A DNA stretch of 64,000 nt, taken from the NCBI GenBank assembly GCA_902561795.1, contig CACERG010000003.1:13693-77692 (forward strand). Direction: 5' to 3'. The first letter of the stretch is position 1. Each line of letters begins with the position of its first letter. The notes beneath the pieces are model-generated. The model had not been told where the DNA came from. It did no database searches and saw only the letters and a list, made by a program, of their open reading frames with translations. Positions 36,107 through 47,373 of the stretch are shown in pieces. Origin of the DNA: an uncultured Bacteroidota bacterium (GTDB taxonomy: Bacteria > Bacteroidota > Bacteroidia > Flavobacteriales > Flavobacteriaceae). The position numbers were made by a program, and so were the translations under genes.

Positions 36107-37075
36107 GTGAGAACCCCAATATTATTCTATTTATTTACCATTATATTTTTTGGATGTGAGTCTTCTGAAAAAAAACCACAGGATTTTATTTTTAATTCAA
36201 AATTTTCAAAAACACCATTTACCTCTCCAATAGCAGATAAAAAAAATGAAGATTTTTCGTTTGCAATTATAGCCGATTTAACTGGAGGGGAAAGAGAGGG
36301 TGTTTTTGAAAAAGCTGTTGGACATTTAAACAATTTGAATCCTCTTTTTACATTATCTGTTGGAGATCTCATTGAGGGTGGAACAAGGGACACTAAAGTT
36401 TTAGACAAAGAATGGGGCTTTTTTAATAGCCGTTTAAAAAAATTGAATTCTCCCTTTTTCTATGTTGGAGGAAACCACGATTTATCAAGTAATAAAATGA
36501 GAGAGTACTGGGAAGAGAAGATAGGTCCAACTTATTATCATTTCGTTTATAAGGACGTTTTATTTTTAATGCTAAATTCTGAAGATTATGAGCCTGAGCG
36601 GATGGAAAAAATCTTTTTAGCAAGAGAGCGTTCTTTAAAAATAGAATCAGGTGAAATTGAGGGTAATTTTGAGGATACAGAATACTATAAAATGCCTGAG
36701 CGTACTTATGGGGATATAGGCGAACAGCAGCTAGAATATTTTAAAAAGGTACTAAATGAAAATAAAAATGTTCGATGGACATTTTTATTTATGCACAAAC
36801 CGATTTGGAAAAATAAGAATAATAAAAAATTTGATGCACTAGTAGAAGAATTACAAAACAGAAATTATTCAGTCTTTAATGGTCACGAGCATTCGTTTTC
36901 AATTCAAGATATAAATAACCAAACCTACACTGTACTGAGTACAACTGGAGGAAGTCATAATAGTTCCGATGACAGTGTTTTTGACCAAATTACTTGGGTT
37001 TCAATGAGAGAAAAACCATTTGTAACTCACATCCGTCTTGACGGTATTGTAAAAGGATTAAAAAGCAATAATTAG
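36107..37075 (+). CDS. metallophosphoesterase lipoprotein
   Basis: 322 aa with a GTG start. Lipobox FFGC. Motifs IADLTGG, VGDLIEGG, GGNHD and NGHEH. Confidence 0.75.
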   Translation: MRTPILFYLFTIIFFGCESSEKKPQDFIFNSKFSKTPFTSPIADKKNEDFSFAIIADLTGGEREGVFEKAVGHLNNLNPLFTLSVGDLIEGGTRDTKVLDKEWGFFNSRLKKLNSPFFYVGGNHDLSSNKMREYWEEKIGPTYYHFVYKDVLFLMLNSEDYEPERMEKIFLARERSLKIESGEIEGNFEDTEYYKMPERTYGDIGEQQLEYFKKVLNENKNVRWTFLFMHKPIWKNKNNKKFDALVEELQNRNYSVFNGHEHSFSIQDINNQTYTVLSTTGGSHNSSDDSVFDQITWVSMREKPFVTHIRLDGIVKGLKSNN

Positions 37076-37120
37076 AAAAAAATTAATAAAGCAGTAGTTT
37101 TTTTAGTTTAGTTATTCATT

Positions 37121-37161
37121 TTTCTAATCATTTGTATATTTAATAACTAAATTTTATAGCC
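37121..37161 (+). promoter_or_regulatory. promoter with the island-type core TTTGTATATT
   Basis: AATCATTTGTATATTTAATAAC has its core at 37131-37140, 21 nt upstream of the proposed ATC start. Confidence 0.4.
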
Positions 37162-40100
37162 ATCAAACAAGCACTTAGCCTTTTAGTTTTTTTACTGTTT
37201 CAGATTTCTTTTTCCCAAGGAATTGTTTTAAACGGCAATACTATAGAGTGTGATAGTGCTGCTGTAGGTGATAGTGCTGTAATAGGAGGTCAAACAATCT
37301 ATGCAGTAGATAGAGATGCACTTATCTCAGTTATAGAAAATGGTAATTTCACTTATGATCCGCCTGGACCTGTAACTTCAGCCACCGCTACTCCAACAGA
37401 TTTAAGTTGTGTTTGTACTTCCAATATAACTGATATGAATGATCTATTTAACAGAGATGGAGTTTATGGGAAGGCAAACTTTGATACAGACATTAACAAT
37501 TGGGATGTGAGTAATGTGACTAATATGTATCAACTTTTTGCTAATGCAACTGTCTTTAATCACCCCCTTAACAATTGGAACGTTAGCCTTGTTGAAAACA
37601 TGATGAACATGTTTCTCAACACAAGTTCATTTAATCAGGAGCTTGACAGTTGGAACGTTGGCCTTGTTGAAAACATGGAAGGCATGTTCGGTAGTGCAAC
37701 ATCATTTAATAAAAGTTTAAATTCTTGGAATGTATCAAAAGTGACAAACTTTAAACGTATGTTTTATAAAGCATCTAGTTTTAACCAACCGGTTGATAAC
37801 TGGGTTTTATCTCCACAGCTAACGAAACTATTATATGTGTTTCAGGAGGCAACTAGTTTCAATCAACCTTTAGATAATTGGGTCACAACTAACATTAAAG
37901 AACTTAGGGGCACATTTTTGGGCGCAACAGCTTTTAATCAGAATTTAAATACTTGGGATGTGAGTGAAGTCACCCTTATGGATCAACTTTTTCAAAATGC
38001 TACATCGTTTAATGGTAATATAGATAATTGGCAAGTTCAAAAAGTAACGCATTTGTCTCAAACTTTTAGAAATGCAACTAATTTTGCCAGGGATATTTCT
38101 GGATGGCAAACATTAAAGCTAAAGTATATGAATTGGACATTTGCAGATGCCGATAGTTTCAATACAAATATAAATGGTTGGGATGTTGAAGAAGTTGTAA
38201 ATATGAATAATATGTTTAATGGTGCTGACATATTTAACCAACCACTAGATCAATGGAAAACATATAAGCTAACATCCCTTTCAAATACTTTCCAAAACGC
38301 AAAAGCATTTAATCAAGAACTAAATAATTGGGATACAAGTGAGGTAACGAATATGAGGGCAATGTTTTATGGTGCAGATGAATTCAACAAAAATTTAGAT
38401 AGTTTGGATACAAGTAATGTTACGAGTATGCGCGAGACATTTCGTGATGCAGACAAATTCAACAATGGTGCAGCTGCTGGGGTTTCTAACACATTAAGCT
38501 GGGATGTGTCTAAGGTACAAAATACACTATCCATGTTTTATTCAGCAGATGCATTTAACTCAAATCTTTCGGGTTGGGATTTAGGTGAAGTTACTCAAAT
38601 GGCGAATATGTTTCGTGAATCAGATTGGAATAATGGGGCGAGTGCTGGAGTCTCCACAACATTAAATTGGAATGTTGAAAAAGTTGCAAATATGGGTAGT
38701 ATGTTCCGGGACAATAACGCCTTTAATGCTAATATTTCTGCTTGGAATCCTTTAAGTGTTCTTGGCCTAAAGGAAACTTTTAAGAATGCAACAGCATTTA
38801 ATAATGGGTTCCCTGCTGGATCTGCTGGATCAGCTACAATTTCCAACACGCTAGATTGGAATATGCCCAGTTTAGGTAGTCATCCAAATGATTGGAAATG
38901 GTATGGTTTAGCTCAGACTTTTATTGGGGCTACTGCATTTAATTCATACATAAATAATTGGAACGTTTCTTCTGTTACTAACATAAACTACATGCTTTAT
39001 AATGCTACTTCTTTTAATCAACCCTTAGATAGTTGGAATGTTGGATCTGTAAGGTTTATGGAAAGTGTGTTTAGGGGCGCCACATCCTTTAATCAGCCTA
39101 TAGGTAATTGGGATGTTACTTCAGTAGAAATATTTAATAATATGTTTCTTGGAGCATCAATATTTGACCAGGATATATCATGTTGGTGTGTTCCTAATGA
39201 CCCTCAAAGAAATAACTTTAGCAACTCCTCACCCATAGATGCTAAACCAAACTTTATACCACGATGGAATCTGCCTTGTTCTCCCATCTTAACTATGACC
39301 GATTCTCTTTCCCTTGCCGGAGATGATACTTTGATTGGCCCAGGCGAAAGTATAACATTTACTGCTAGTTTTGACAGGGATATCGCAAGTACGGTATCAT
39401 ACAGCTTGAATGGAAGTTCAATTTCTTCAATGACTGCTGTAAACTCTACAACCTTCACAGTCTCCATAGCCGCAAATGATTTAGCTGACAATACTTATTT
39501 GTTTACAATAGAGACAACCGATTATTGTGGAGCTAGTTATAATCCTGCTGATGCTACTTTAAATGGAAGTGAAACAGCTACTGATACCATTGAATTTACT
39601 GTCGATAAGACACCTCCAAATGTTACTCTAACACATAATCATCCAGACAACATCCTCTCAGGGGGTGACACTGTGGAAATTACCGCAACATTTTCTGAAG
39701 GCGTTGTATCTCCTACTCTAAGTCTTGATGGGTTGTTTGCAAATGCTGCAATGACCGGTTCCACATCTTCTGTTTGGACTTACAATATTGATATCACCAC
39801 ATTAACAGTGTCCCCTTCGGGTGATGACTATTTTGTAACAATAAATGCCAGTGATCCAGCTGGTAATAATTATACCTCATCTACAGGAATTCAAGATGGT
39901 AATGAAACCTCTGTAGATAGCATCACTTTTACCATTGATAATACACCACCAACAGTAGTTTTAACAGACAGTGATCTTGATGATATTGTTTATCCATCAG
40001 ATTCCATTACGGTTACAGCCACATTTTCTGAACCTATGACAAGCGCACCACAAATTAGTTTTTCAGGTGGTCCTCAGGACATAAATATGTCCGCTACAAG

Positions 40101-43100
40101 CTCCCCATCAGTTTGGACTTTTGTATTTGACTTTCCATCATACTCTCTTCCAAGTGGAATTTATACCCTTACAGTAAGTGGTACTGATATTTCAGGCAAC
40201 CCATATTCAGTGAGTGAAGATGTTGAATTGGATTACCAGTTAACTGCACCAACTTTAACTTTAACAGATCAAACACTTGTCTATGTACTGGATCAGACTT
40301 TCACTCTTACAGCTACTTCAAGTAGTTCGGGAGCTTTATCTTTTAGTATTGCAAGCCCATCGGTCGCAACAGTCAGTGGTTCTACGGGAACTATTAAAGC
40401 AGCAGGCTCAACAATTATAACAGTAAACCAAGCAGCATCTGGTAATTATGCAGCGGCAACAGCAACAGCAACCCTATTAATTAATAAAGCCGTTGCCTCT
40501 ATAACCAGTTCAAATGTTCTAACAAAAATATATGGAGATCCTGTATTTCCTCTAACAGCCACATCAAGTAGTACTGGAAGTTTTTCATACCAAGTCTTAG
40601 ATCCTAATATAGCAGTACGTGTAGGTTCTAATGTGGTATCAATTACAGGTGTTGGAACAACAACAATTGTAATTACCCAGGCAGAAGACTCAAATTTCTC
40701 AACCACAAGTAAAACAATAACTCTTTTTGTTGATACAGCAGTGCCTGAAATACAAAACAACCTTATTATAACCAAGATTTTTAATGACACTTTTCCAGTT
40801 TCCGATATTTCAGCAACCTCGAGCAGCACAGGACTATTTTCTTATACTGTTTCGGACTCTTTAATAGCAAGTGTTTCAAGTAGTACGATTGTTACTACTG
40901 GGGTAGGAACGACAACAATATTTATAACCCAATCAGCCGATGGTTTCTATAAGTCAGCTACATCATCGGTAACTTTAATTGTAAATAAGGCAATTCCTAT
41001 AATAACTTTTCAAGACAAAACTGTTACCTACGATAATAGTAGAGTTTTTGGTATTTCTGCAACTTCAAGTAGTACAGGTAGTTTTACCTATTCAATAGCA
41101 GATGTAAGTGTTGCAAGAGAATCTACACAATCACAAACAGGAACGACCATTCCTGGGTTCAACAAATCTTCAGTTAGAAGCAATATAATTAGCCAAACAT
41201 TTTCGTTCAAAACACGCAAATCTGGTGAAACTGAAATTACCGTAGTTCAAGATGAAGACAATAATTATTTATCTGCATCTGCTACCATGACTCTTAAAGT
41301 ACTTAAGAAAGATATAGGAGGTGATTGGTATCCACCTACCTCCATATTTACAAGGGATTATGGTATACTTCCTTTTCAAGTAGTCCAACCAACTGTTGAA
41401 CTAGATTACTCAGGTACATTTAATTATAGATCTGCAGATCCAAGTATTGCGAGTTTCTCTACATCAACAATTACTATTAGTAGCACTGGAACAGTTACCC
41501 TTTTTGCAGATATATTAGGGGATGATAAATATAATGCTAGGACTGTAACTGCTACCCTTATAGTTGAAAAATCAAATCAATCAATAATTGTTGAACCATT
41601 ACCAATAGAAAAGCCTTTAAAAGATTTCACATCTCTTACAGTATCTGCAACATCGACATCTGGCGATCAAGTAATAGTTTCACTTGTAAGTGGATCTGCA
41701 GCAAATCTCTCGGGTTCTGTAGGCAACTATTTATTAAATAATATTAATCAGACAGGACTAGTAACGATTACCTTTACAGTTCCTGAAAGTCAAAATTATT
41801 ACTCTGCAACAGTGACTGCTGTAATTGATGTTATAAAAACTAATCAATCCATTACTGTAAGCCCAGTAACACCTACTTTTATATATTATCAGGAAAATTT
41901 AGTTTACACTATAAATGCATTTTCGGACTCGACACTAGATTTAACCTACACATTAGTATCAGGTACTAATGCGACACTGTCCGGAAATGTATTAAATATT
42001 TCAGATATAGGTGAACTAGTTGTAGAGATTAACCAACCAGGGGACAATATTTTTAATCCTGCAATTACGAAAAGAGAGGTTATAAAAGTTGTTCAAGGAA
42101 TAACCAATTTAAGTAATTTTAATATACCTGATAAGTATGTTGATGATGATAATTTTGTAATTCCAACACCTACCTCAAACAGATCAGGAAATTACACTCA
42201 CAGATCGTCTAATATTACTATAGCAGATATTATTTATTCTAGACCTGAAGAAATCGAAATTATGGGCATTCCTGGTGTTAGTACAATAACAGCAATACAA
42301 CAGGCAACCCCACAATTTAGTGAAGGATCTATAGATGCACCATTTAAAGTCATTGACTATGATTGTGATGGTGATGGGACAACAAATTTTTATGATGATG
42401 ACGATGACAACGATGGCTATCTTGATGTTGATGATGCCTTTCCATGTGATCCTACTAAATTTGAAGATTCCGATCTGGATGAAGATGGCATACCAGACTT
42501 ACAAGACAACTGCCCTTCTACACCCAATCCAAAACAGGAGGACGCAGATGGTGATGGGGTAGGTGATGCTTGCGATAATTGTCTGTCAGAGGCTAATCCT
42601 AACCAAGAAGATACTGACTCAGATGGAATAGGTGATGCATGTGACAACTGTCTTTCAGAGGCTAATCTTAATCAAGAAGATACTGATGGCGATGGTATAG
42701 GCGATGCATGTGATAATTGTCTGTCAGAGGCTAATCCTAATCAAGAAGATACTGACGGGGACGGTGTAGGTGATGCATGTGATAATTGCCTCTCAGAGGC
42801 TAATCCTAATCAAGAAGATACTGACGGGGACGGTGTAGGTGATGCATGTGATAATTGCCTCTCAGAGGCTAATCCTTACCAAGAAGATACTGATGGCGAT
42901 GGAAAAGGTGATGCATGTGATAACAATCCACTTCCTGATCCTGGTCCTGATGATGGAGAAATTAAAATTTCTGAGTTTGTTTCACCTAATGGTGACGGTA
43001 TAAATGACTTTTTTGTGATCCAAAACATTGAAAATCACCCAAATAATGAGCTTGTAATATATACCCGATCAGGAGTAGTAATTTTCTCTACAAGAAACTA

Positions 43101-43224
43101 CAGAAACAACTGGAGTGGCACTACAGACAATGGATTAGTTCCAGAAGGGAGTTATTATTTTACCCTAGATTTAGAAGGCGACGGCACTTTAGACAGGCAG
43201 GGCTGGATATATATATCAAGATAG
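37162..43224 (+). CDS. giant T9SS-secreted surface protein: 26-residue (DUF285/BspA-type) repeats, Ig-like domains, TSP type 3 repeats and a type B (CHU_C) sorting domain
   Basis: The frame is open from 37147, and the first ATG is at 37435. Codons 37156-37230 encode a signal peptide ([22 protein letters not shown]). There are about 20 copies of W(D/N)VS.V.NM..MF..A..FNQ.L..W. Repeated TPP.V.LT Ig-like modules follow, then DTDGDG.GDACDNC repeats. The C-terminal segment is [13 protein letters not shown]…YYF. The start codon is uncertain (ATA at 37156 or ATC at 37162). Confidence 0.85.
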   Translation: MKQALSLLVFLLFQISFSQGIVLNGNTIECDSAAVGDSAVIGGQTIYAVDRDALISVIENGNFTYDPPGPVTSATATPTDLSCVCTSNITDMNDLFNRDGVYGKANFDTDINNWDVSNVTNMYQLFANATVFNHPLNNWNVSLVENMMNMFLNTSSFNQELDSWNVGLVENMEGMFGSATSFNKSLNSWNVSKVTNFKRMFYKASSFNQPVDNWVLSPQLTKLLYVFQEATSFNQPLDNWVTTNIKELRGTFLGATAFNQNLNTWDVSEVTLMDQLFQNATSFNGNIDNWQVQKVTHLSQTFRNATNFARDISGWQTLKLKYMNWTFADADSFNTNINGWDVEEVVNMNNMFNGADIFNQPLDQWKTYKLTSLSNTFQNAKAFNQELNNWDTSEVTNMRAMFYGADEFNKNLDSLDTSNVTSMRETFRDADKFNNGAAAGVSNTLSWDVSKVQNTLSMFYSADAFNSNLSGWDLGEVTQMANMFRESDWNNGASAGVSTTLNWNVEKVANMGSMFRDNNAFNANISAWNPLSVLGLKETFKNATAFNNGFPAGSAGSATISNTLDWNMPSLGSHPNDWKWYGLAQTFIGATAFNSYINNWNVSSVTNINYMLYNATSFNQPLDSWNVGSVRFMESVFRGATSFNQPIGNWDVTSVEIFNNMFLGASIFDQDISCWCVPNDPQRNNFSNSSPIDAKPNFIPRWNLPCSPILTMTDSLSLAGDDTLIGPGESITFTASFDRDIASTVSYSLNGSSISSMTAVNSTTFTVSIAANDLADNTYLFTIETTDYCGASYNPADATLNGSETATDTIEFTVDKTPPNVTLTHNHPDNILSGGDTVEITATFSEGVVSPTLSLDGLFANAAMTGSTSSVWTYNIDITTLTVSPSGDDYFVTINASDPAGNNYTSSTGIQDGNETSVDSITFTIDNTPPTVVLTDSDLDDIVYPSDSITVTATFSEPMTSAPQISFSGGPQDINMSATSSPSVWTFVFDFPSYSLPSGIYTLTVSGTDISGNPYSVSEDVELDYQLTAPTLTLTDQTLVYVLDQTFTLTATSSSSGALSFSIASPSVATVSGSTGTIKAAGSTIITVNQAASGNYAAATATATLLINKAVASITSSNVLTKIYGDPVFPLTATSSSTGSFSYQVLDPNIAVRVGSNVVSITGVGTTTIVITQAEDSNFSTTSKTITLFVDTAVPEIQNNLIITKIFNDTFPVSDISATSSSTGLFSYTVSDSLIASVSSSTIVTTGVGTTTIFITQSADGFYKSATSSVTLIVNKAIPIITFQDKTVTYDNSRVFGISATSSSTGSFTYSIADVSVARESTQSQTGTTIPGFNKSSVRSNIISQTFSFKTRKSGETEITVVQDEDNNYLSASATMTLKVLKKDIGGDWYPPTSIFTRDYGILPFQVVQPTVELDYSGTFNYRSADPSIASFSTSTITISSTGTVTLFADILGDDKYNARTVTATLIVEKSNQSIIVEPLPIEKPLKDFTSLTVSATSTSGDQVIVSLVSGSAANLSGSVGNYLLNNINQTGLVTITFTVPESQNYYSATVTAVIDVIKTNQSITVSPVTPTFIYYQENLVYTINAFSDSTLDLTYTLVSGTNATLSGNVLNISDIGELVVEINQPGDNIFNPAITKREVIKVVQGITNLSNFNIPDKYVDDDNFVIPTPTSNRSGNYTHRSSNITIADIIYSRPEEIEIMGIPGVSTITAIQQATPQFSEGSIDAPFKVIDYDCDGDGTTNFYDDDDDNDGYLDVDDAFPCDPTKFEDSDLDEDGIPDLQDNCPSTPNPKQEDADGDGVGDACDNCLSEANPNQEDTDSDGIGDACDNCLSEANLNQEDTDGDGIGDACDNCLSEANPNQEDTDGDGVGDACDNCLSEANPNQEDTDGDGVGDACDNCLSEANPYQEDTDGDGKGDACDNNPLPDPGPDDGEIKISEFVSPNGDGINDFFVIQNIENHPNNELVIYTRSGVVIFSTRNYRNNWSGTTDNGLVPEGSYYFTLDLEGDGTLDRQGWIYISR
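42565..42924 (+). repeat. 69-bp (23-codon) near-identical tandem repeat, about 5.2 copies, inside the adhesin gene
   Basis: Units start at 42565, 42634, 42703, 42772 and 42841 and encode [18 protein letters not shown](S/G)DG(I/V)G. Units 3 and 4 differ at only 2 of 69 nt. Confidence 0.9.
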
Positions 43225-43428
43225 TTTTTTTGAGACTTTAGCAAAAAAGAAAAGATTCAACAAAACCGTTATTTTCATATTCTTTTGGTTTTTCTACTTT
43301 TTATTTTCATAACTTTAATATTGGAAGTATACATGAAGATGAGAAGTAGACGAAGAAGATACCTGCAAGTAACACCTTATATTAACATGTTGGGCTGCAT
43401 TTGGTTCACTGAAAACATGTTTTAGACG

Positions 43429-43743
43429 GTGTCTATTTACATACCTGTAATCATTGTTACGGTTATGTATTATATCATTTCCATTTCCATTAATAAAGAC
43501 AACGCCAAGTATCTGTTATCTCCTTACAACAGAATGTCGGAAGCTGAAAGAAAAAAATTTGATCTAGATAAATTTTTAGTTTTTTTTAGAAATTTTTTTA
43601 AACAACAATCTATTTACACATTTTTAATTTTTGTAACTTTTAAGTGGTTATATAATGACAATGTTGCAATTTCAATTTATTCATTACTTATTACTTTGAG
43701 TTTAATTTATCTTGTTATTAAATCAAATAAATTCTATAGATAA
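43429..43743 (+). CDS. small membrane protein, DUF3784-like
   Basis: 104 aa with 3 TM segments and the central motif YNRMSEAERKKFDLDKF. GTG start. Confidence 0.45.
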   Translation: MSIYIPVIIVTVMYYIISISINKDNAKYLLSPYNRMSEAERKKFDLDKFLVFFRNFFKQQSIYTFLIFVTFKWLYNDNVAISIYSLLITLSLIYLVIKSNKFYR

Positions 43744-43762
43744 AATTTTAAACACCAAAATT

Positions 43763-44818
43763 ATGCCTAAAGCAAAGTTAATTTTACCCATATTAATTTT
43801 AATTATATTCAATTTTAGTTGTTCTAAAGAGGACGATTTTTCATCTGAAATGGCAACGACAACTAATACTACAACTCAAACAGAAAATAGCAGCTCGAGC
43901 TCTTCATCTAACAGCGACAATAACACAACTAACCCTTTAACAACAATTACCCCTACTTCAACTTTTACTTTAACAGGGAATATAACTTTCAAAAATTATC
44001 TACATGAAAGTCTTCCAAGTGAATGGATTGCAGAATACAACACTATAATGCAAAATATGATTGAATTAGCACCAACATCTGTTGTACCTTGGTTTGAAGA
44101 GGAACTCAATATTTTTGCTTGGTTAGATGATATTGATAAGCCTTTTACTGTTTCTGTTCAAGACTGGGACGGTACAGAAAAATTAGTTACAGTAGAGGGC
44201 CAGTGCTTATGTGGTTACGGTGATAAAAGATGGATGTCATTAGAAATGTTTTCTCCTGAATTTGAAGGTGAATTTCCAAGCAATCACAGATTTTCTGTTG
44301 TAGTGCATGAGTACTATCATGTCTATCAATCTACACTTTCGGAAAGTTTTACACAGCCCAACGGGGGAGATACATTAAATCCTGAAGGATTTGATATATT
44401 ATGGCTGGCTGAGGGTACTGCAGCTACAATTGAATCATTATATATTCAACAATATTATGGAGTAAATTATTTTGAAGAGGGTTTTGGATGGCTTGATTTT
44501 AACCAAGCTATCACAAATCCTGCTGCTTTTGAGTCTAGAGACGTTGAAGATACAAACTATGGTGGAGCAACCTTTATGATACTAGCATTAGCAAAAGAAA
44601 TAGAGGCTACAGGGAAAACCCCCGAAGATGCATTTAATTTAATATTAAAGGAATTTTGGAAAACAAATGCTAACAATCAAAATTGGAAAGTTAGCTTTGA
44701 AAATGTGTTTGGATTGAGTTTAGAAACATTCTATTCAAATCTTTCCGATTACAGCAATGATATTTCTCTTTATTATCCTCCAAGGGACATAAGACTTCAA
44801 AACATATTAAGAAACTAA
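43763..44818 (+). CDS. lipoprotein with an HExxH motif (putative zinc metallopeptidase)
   Basis: 351 aa counted from MPKAKLILPILILIIFNFSC (lipobox). Ser/Thr/Asn-rich linker and VVVHEYYHVYQ. The TTG start at 43712 in the ORF track is rejected. Confidence 0.5.
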   Translation: MPKAKLILPILILIIFNFSCSKEDDFSSEMATTTNTTTQTENSSSSSSSNSDNNTTNPLTTITPTSTFTLTGNITFKNYLHESLPSEWIAEYNTIMQNMIELAPTSVVPWFEEELNIFAWLDDIDKPFTVSVQDWDGTEKLVTVEGQCLCGYGDKRWMSLEMFSPEFEGEFPSNHRFSVVVHEYYHVYQSTLSESFTQPNGGDTLNPEGFDILWLAEGTAATIESLYIQQYYGVNYFEEGFGWLDFNQAITNPAAFESRDVEDTNYGGATFMILALAKEIEATGKTPEDAFNLILKEFWKTNANNQNWKVSFENVFGLSLETFYSNLSDYSNDISLYYPPRDIRLQNILRN

Positions 44819-44903
44819 TTTATAATTTACTCAACACTCAAACTCTTAAATAAAACTAATATTTGTCAAACATAAAAAAACGGTATTGTAAGAATATTAA
44901 TTT

Positions 44904-46076
44904 ATGACTGATCAAATAGAAAAAAACTACGATATTATTGTTTTAGGTATAGGGAGTATGGGATCTTCCTCATGTTACCACCTTTCTAAAAGAGGTTATA
45001 AAACTTTAGGGATAGAACAATTTGATATACCTCACAACTTAGGTTCACATAATGGGCAAAGCCGAATTATAAGAAAGGCTTATTTTGAGCATCCAAGTTA
45101 TGTCCCTTTACTTGAAGGGGCTTACAAGAATTGGGAAATCCTTCAAAAAGAATTCGGTGAGCAGATATATTTTAAAACAGGACTTCTTTACTTTGGCCCA
45201 GAAGATCATTTGTTAATTAAAGGGTCTAGAAGATCTGCTAAGCAATATGGCATTGAAATTAACAATTTCACAACTCAAGAACAGAAAGAAAAATACCCAC
45301 AATTTAAAATTCCTGAAACTTTTGTTAATATGCTTGAAAAAAATGCTGGTTTTATTACACCAGAAAGGGCAATTATAGCATTTACTAAACTTGCTCAAAA
45401 TTATGGAGCAAAAATTAAAACTAACGAAAAAGCCGTTAAATGGTATAAAAAAGAAGATTCAATTATGGTTCAAACCAACAGAAGCGTATACCGTTGCAAA
45501 AAATTGGTTATTTCAGTTGGAGCATGGATGTCAGAACTTTCTAACGTTTCAGATTTTAAGGTAACAAAACAAATTCTTGCTTGGGCAAAACCTAAAAATT
45601 GGGAGGATTTTACTCTAAAAACTTTTCCGTGCTGGACTTATGCTGATAATTCTTCGAAAGGTATGTTCTATGGTTTTCCAATTCTACCTAGTTCTATTTC
45701 GCATGACGGTTATCAAGGAATAAAATTTGCTCATCATTTTAAAGGTGAAGAAACCGATCCAAACAATGTTAATAGAAAGGTGTCAAAAAATCAAGAAGGT
45801 GAACTTTTAGAGGCGATACAAAAATTTATTCCAAAGGGTATTGAATCTATCCATACTTCTAAAACATGCCTCTATACTTACAGTAAAGATGATGATTTTA
45901 TAATTGATCATCACCCTACTAATGAAGATGTAATTATCACTGCTGGTTTTAGTGGGCACGGTTTTAAGTTTACAAGTGTTGTAGGTGAGATAGTAACTGA
46001 TCTTGTTGAAAAAGACAACTCTGATTATCCTATTGAATTTCTCAAGCTAAAAAGATTTAGCAAAAATTCTATTTAG
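44904..46076 (+). CDS. monomeric sarcosine oxidase / N-methyl-L-tryptophan oxidase family flavoenzyme
   Basis: 390 aa. FAD fold DIIVLGIGSMGSS, the covalent-FAD cysteine context SKTCLYT, and GFSGHGFKF. Confidence 0.8.
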   Translation: MTDQIEKNYDIIVLGIGSMGSSSCYHLSKRGYKTLGIEQFDIPHNLGSHNGQSRIIRKAYFEHPSYVPLLEGAYKNWEILQKEFGEQIYFKTGLLYFGPEDHLLIKGSRRSAKQYGIEINNFTTQEQKEKYPQFKIPETFVNMLEKNAGFITPERAIIAFTKLAQNYGAKIKTNEKAVKWYKKEDSIMVQTNRSVYRCKKLVISVGAWMSELSNVSDFKVTKQILAWAKPKNWEDFTLKTFPCWTYADNSSKGMFYGFPILPSSISHDGYQGIKFAHHFKGEETDPNNVNRKVSKNQEGELLEAIQKFIPKGIESIHTSKTCLYTYSKDDDFIIDHHPTNEDVIITAGFSGHGFKFTSVVGEIVTDLVEKDNSDYPIEFLKLKRFSKNSI

Positions 46077-46081
46077 CAATA

Positions 46082-47251
46082 TTATTTTAAAGTAGAGTTT
46101 AATTTTAAAGCAGCATCCATATAACGATAAATGTCAGGAGTAAAGTCACTTTTTGAGTCATCTTTAGGACCCTTACTTTTTCCTAGACGAACTAAAATTA
46201 AATTTTCATCAGGGAAAGTTATAACGTATTGACCTAGGTGGCCTCGCTCCATAAAAACGTTATGATTTTTATATTCCTCCAACCACCAACCATATCCATA
46301 TTCGTCACTTTCAGAAAATCGTGGTCTTAGTGATTTGGCTATAAAGCTTGAATCTAGAAGTACCTCACCATTCCATCTGCCATGATCTTTGTAAAGTTTT
46401 GCTAGACGCGCAAAATTTTTTGCACTAGAAGCAATACAACAAAAAGCTTTTTCAACTCCTTTTTCAGCACTGTCAACTTGCCAATAGCTTTCAAATTCAT
46501 TACCCATTGGGTTCCACAGAGTTTCATATAAGTAGTCTGTTAAGTTTTTCCCAGTTGCGTTTGCAATCGCCATACCTAGCAATTGTGTAGCACCGCTTTT
46601 GTAATTAAATTTCTTTCCAGGTTCTATTTCAATGGGCTGATCAAGCATTAGTTTATTTAGATCTTTAACAAAATATGAGGCTGCAGTAACTGAAAAAGGG
46701 GAATAGTAAGCTTCATCCCAACGAAGACCTGAAGCCATACTGGACAAATCGCCGACGGTAACTTGGTCTGAGAAGGGCCCTTTTAATTCTGGAATAAAAT
46801 CTTTTGCCTTTTGATCGAGATTATTGATGTATCCTTGCATGATAGCCTTGCCAAGTAGTGCAGATACGTAACTTTTTGACATTGAAAACGAATTACTTTT
46901 AGAGCTAGGTTTATACCCATCATAATATTTTTCAAAAAATACACTGTCGTTTTTAATTAAAACAAAGGCTACTGTTTTTGTTTCTTTTAAAAAATCTTTG
47001 AAATCGTCGTCTAGTGAAATGCTATTAAACTTTTTGTGCTTAGGCCATGGAGTGGGGTTTTCTGAAGTAGGCAAAGTATGATTATCGTATACCTTATAAT
47101 CAGATATATAAGCGGTAACGTGACCAGTTAAATAGATTTTAGAAACACCACGCAGTATATAATTATATTTTGAAATATAAAGAAGACCTACTAGGATCAG
47201 TATAATGAACCCTAAATATGAGAGAATTTTTTTTACCATTTGTTTGTGCAA
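46082..47251 (-). CDS. serine hydrolase, beta-lactamase (class C/PBP4*-like) family, membrane anchored
   Basis: 389 aa. N-terminal TM helix, the SxxK motif SMSKS, and a downstream YKS and HLG. Confidence 0.75.
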   Translation of the reverse strand: MHKQMVKKILSYLGFIILILVGLLYISKYNYILRGVSKIYLTGHVTAYISDYKVYDNHTLPTSENPTPWPKHKKFNSISLDDDFKDFLKETKTVAFVLIKNDSVFFEKYYDGYKPSSKSNSFSMSKSYVSALLGKAIMQGYINNLDQKAKDFIPELKGPFSDQVTVGDLSSMASGLRWDEAYYSPFSVTAASYFVKDLNKLMLDQPIEIEPGKKFNYKSGATQLLGMAIANATGKNLTDYLYETLWNPMGNEFESYWQVDSAEKGVEKAFCCIASSAKNFARLAKLYKDHGRWNGEVLLDSSFIAKSLRPRFSESDEYGYGWWLEEYKNHNVFMERGHLGQYVITFPDENLILVRLGKSKGPKDDSKSDFTPDIYRYMDAALKLNSTLK

Positions 47252-47373
47252 ATCTAATATTTTTTAAAACCTAAATTACCTAACTACAGCTACAAATTTT
47301 AATTAAACTGAAGTCAACTTATTTTTTTAAAAACTTATATTAGTCCTATAGTAATTATTCGAATTCAAAGTAA

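Noticed and set aside
38595-42647. ORFs 38595, 39204, 40446, 42335 and 42417, inside or antisense to the adhesin gene.
   Set aside because: They are shadow or alternate-frame ORFs within a repeat-rich gene. The ORFs at 42335 and 42417 are generated by the GAT/GAC-rich TSP3 repeats.
43333-43425. A 30-codon ORF (MKMRSRRRRYLQVTPYINMLGCIWFTENMF) upstream of the DUF3784-like gene.
   Set aside because: It has no recognisable features beyond an Arg run. Short ORFs of this kind are frequent by chance, and I cannot support it without conservation data.
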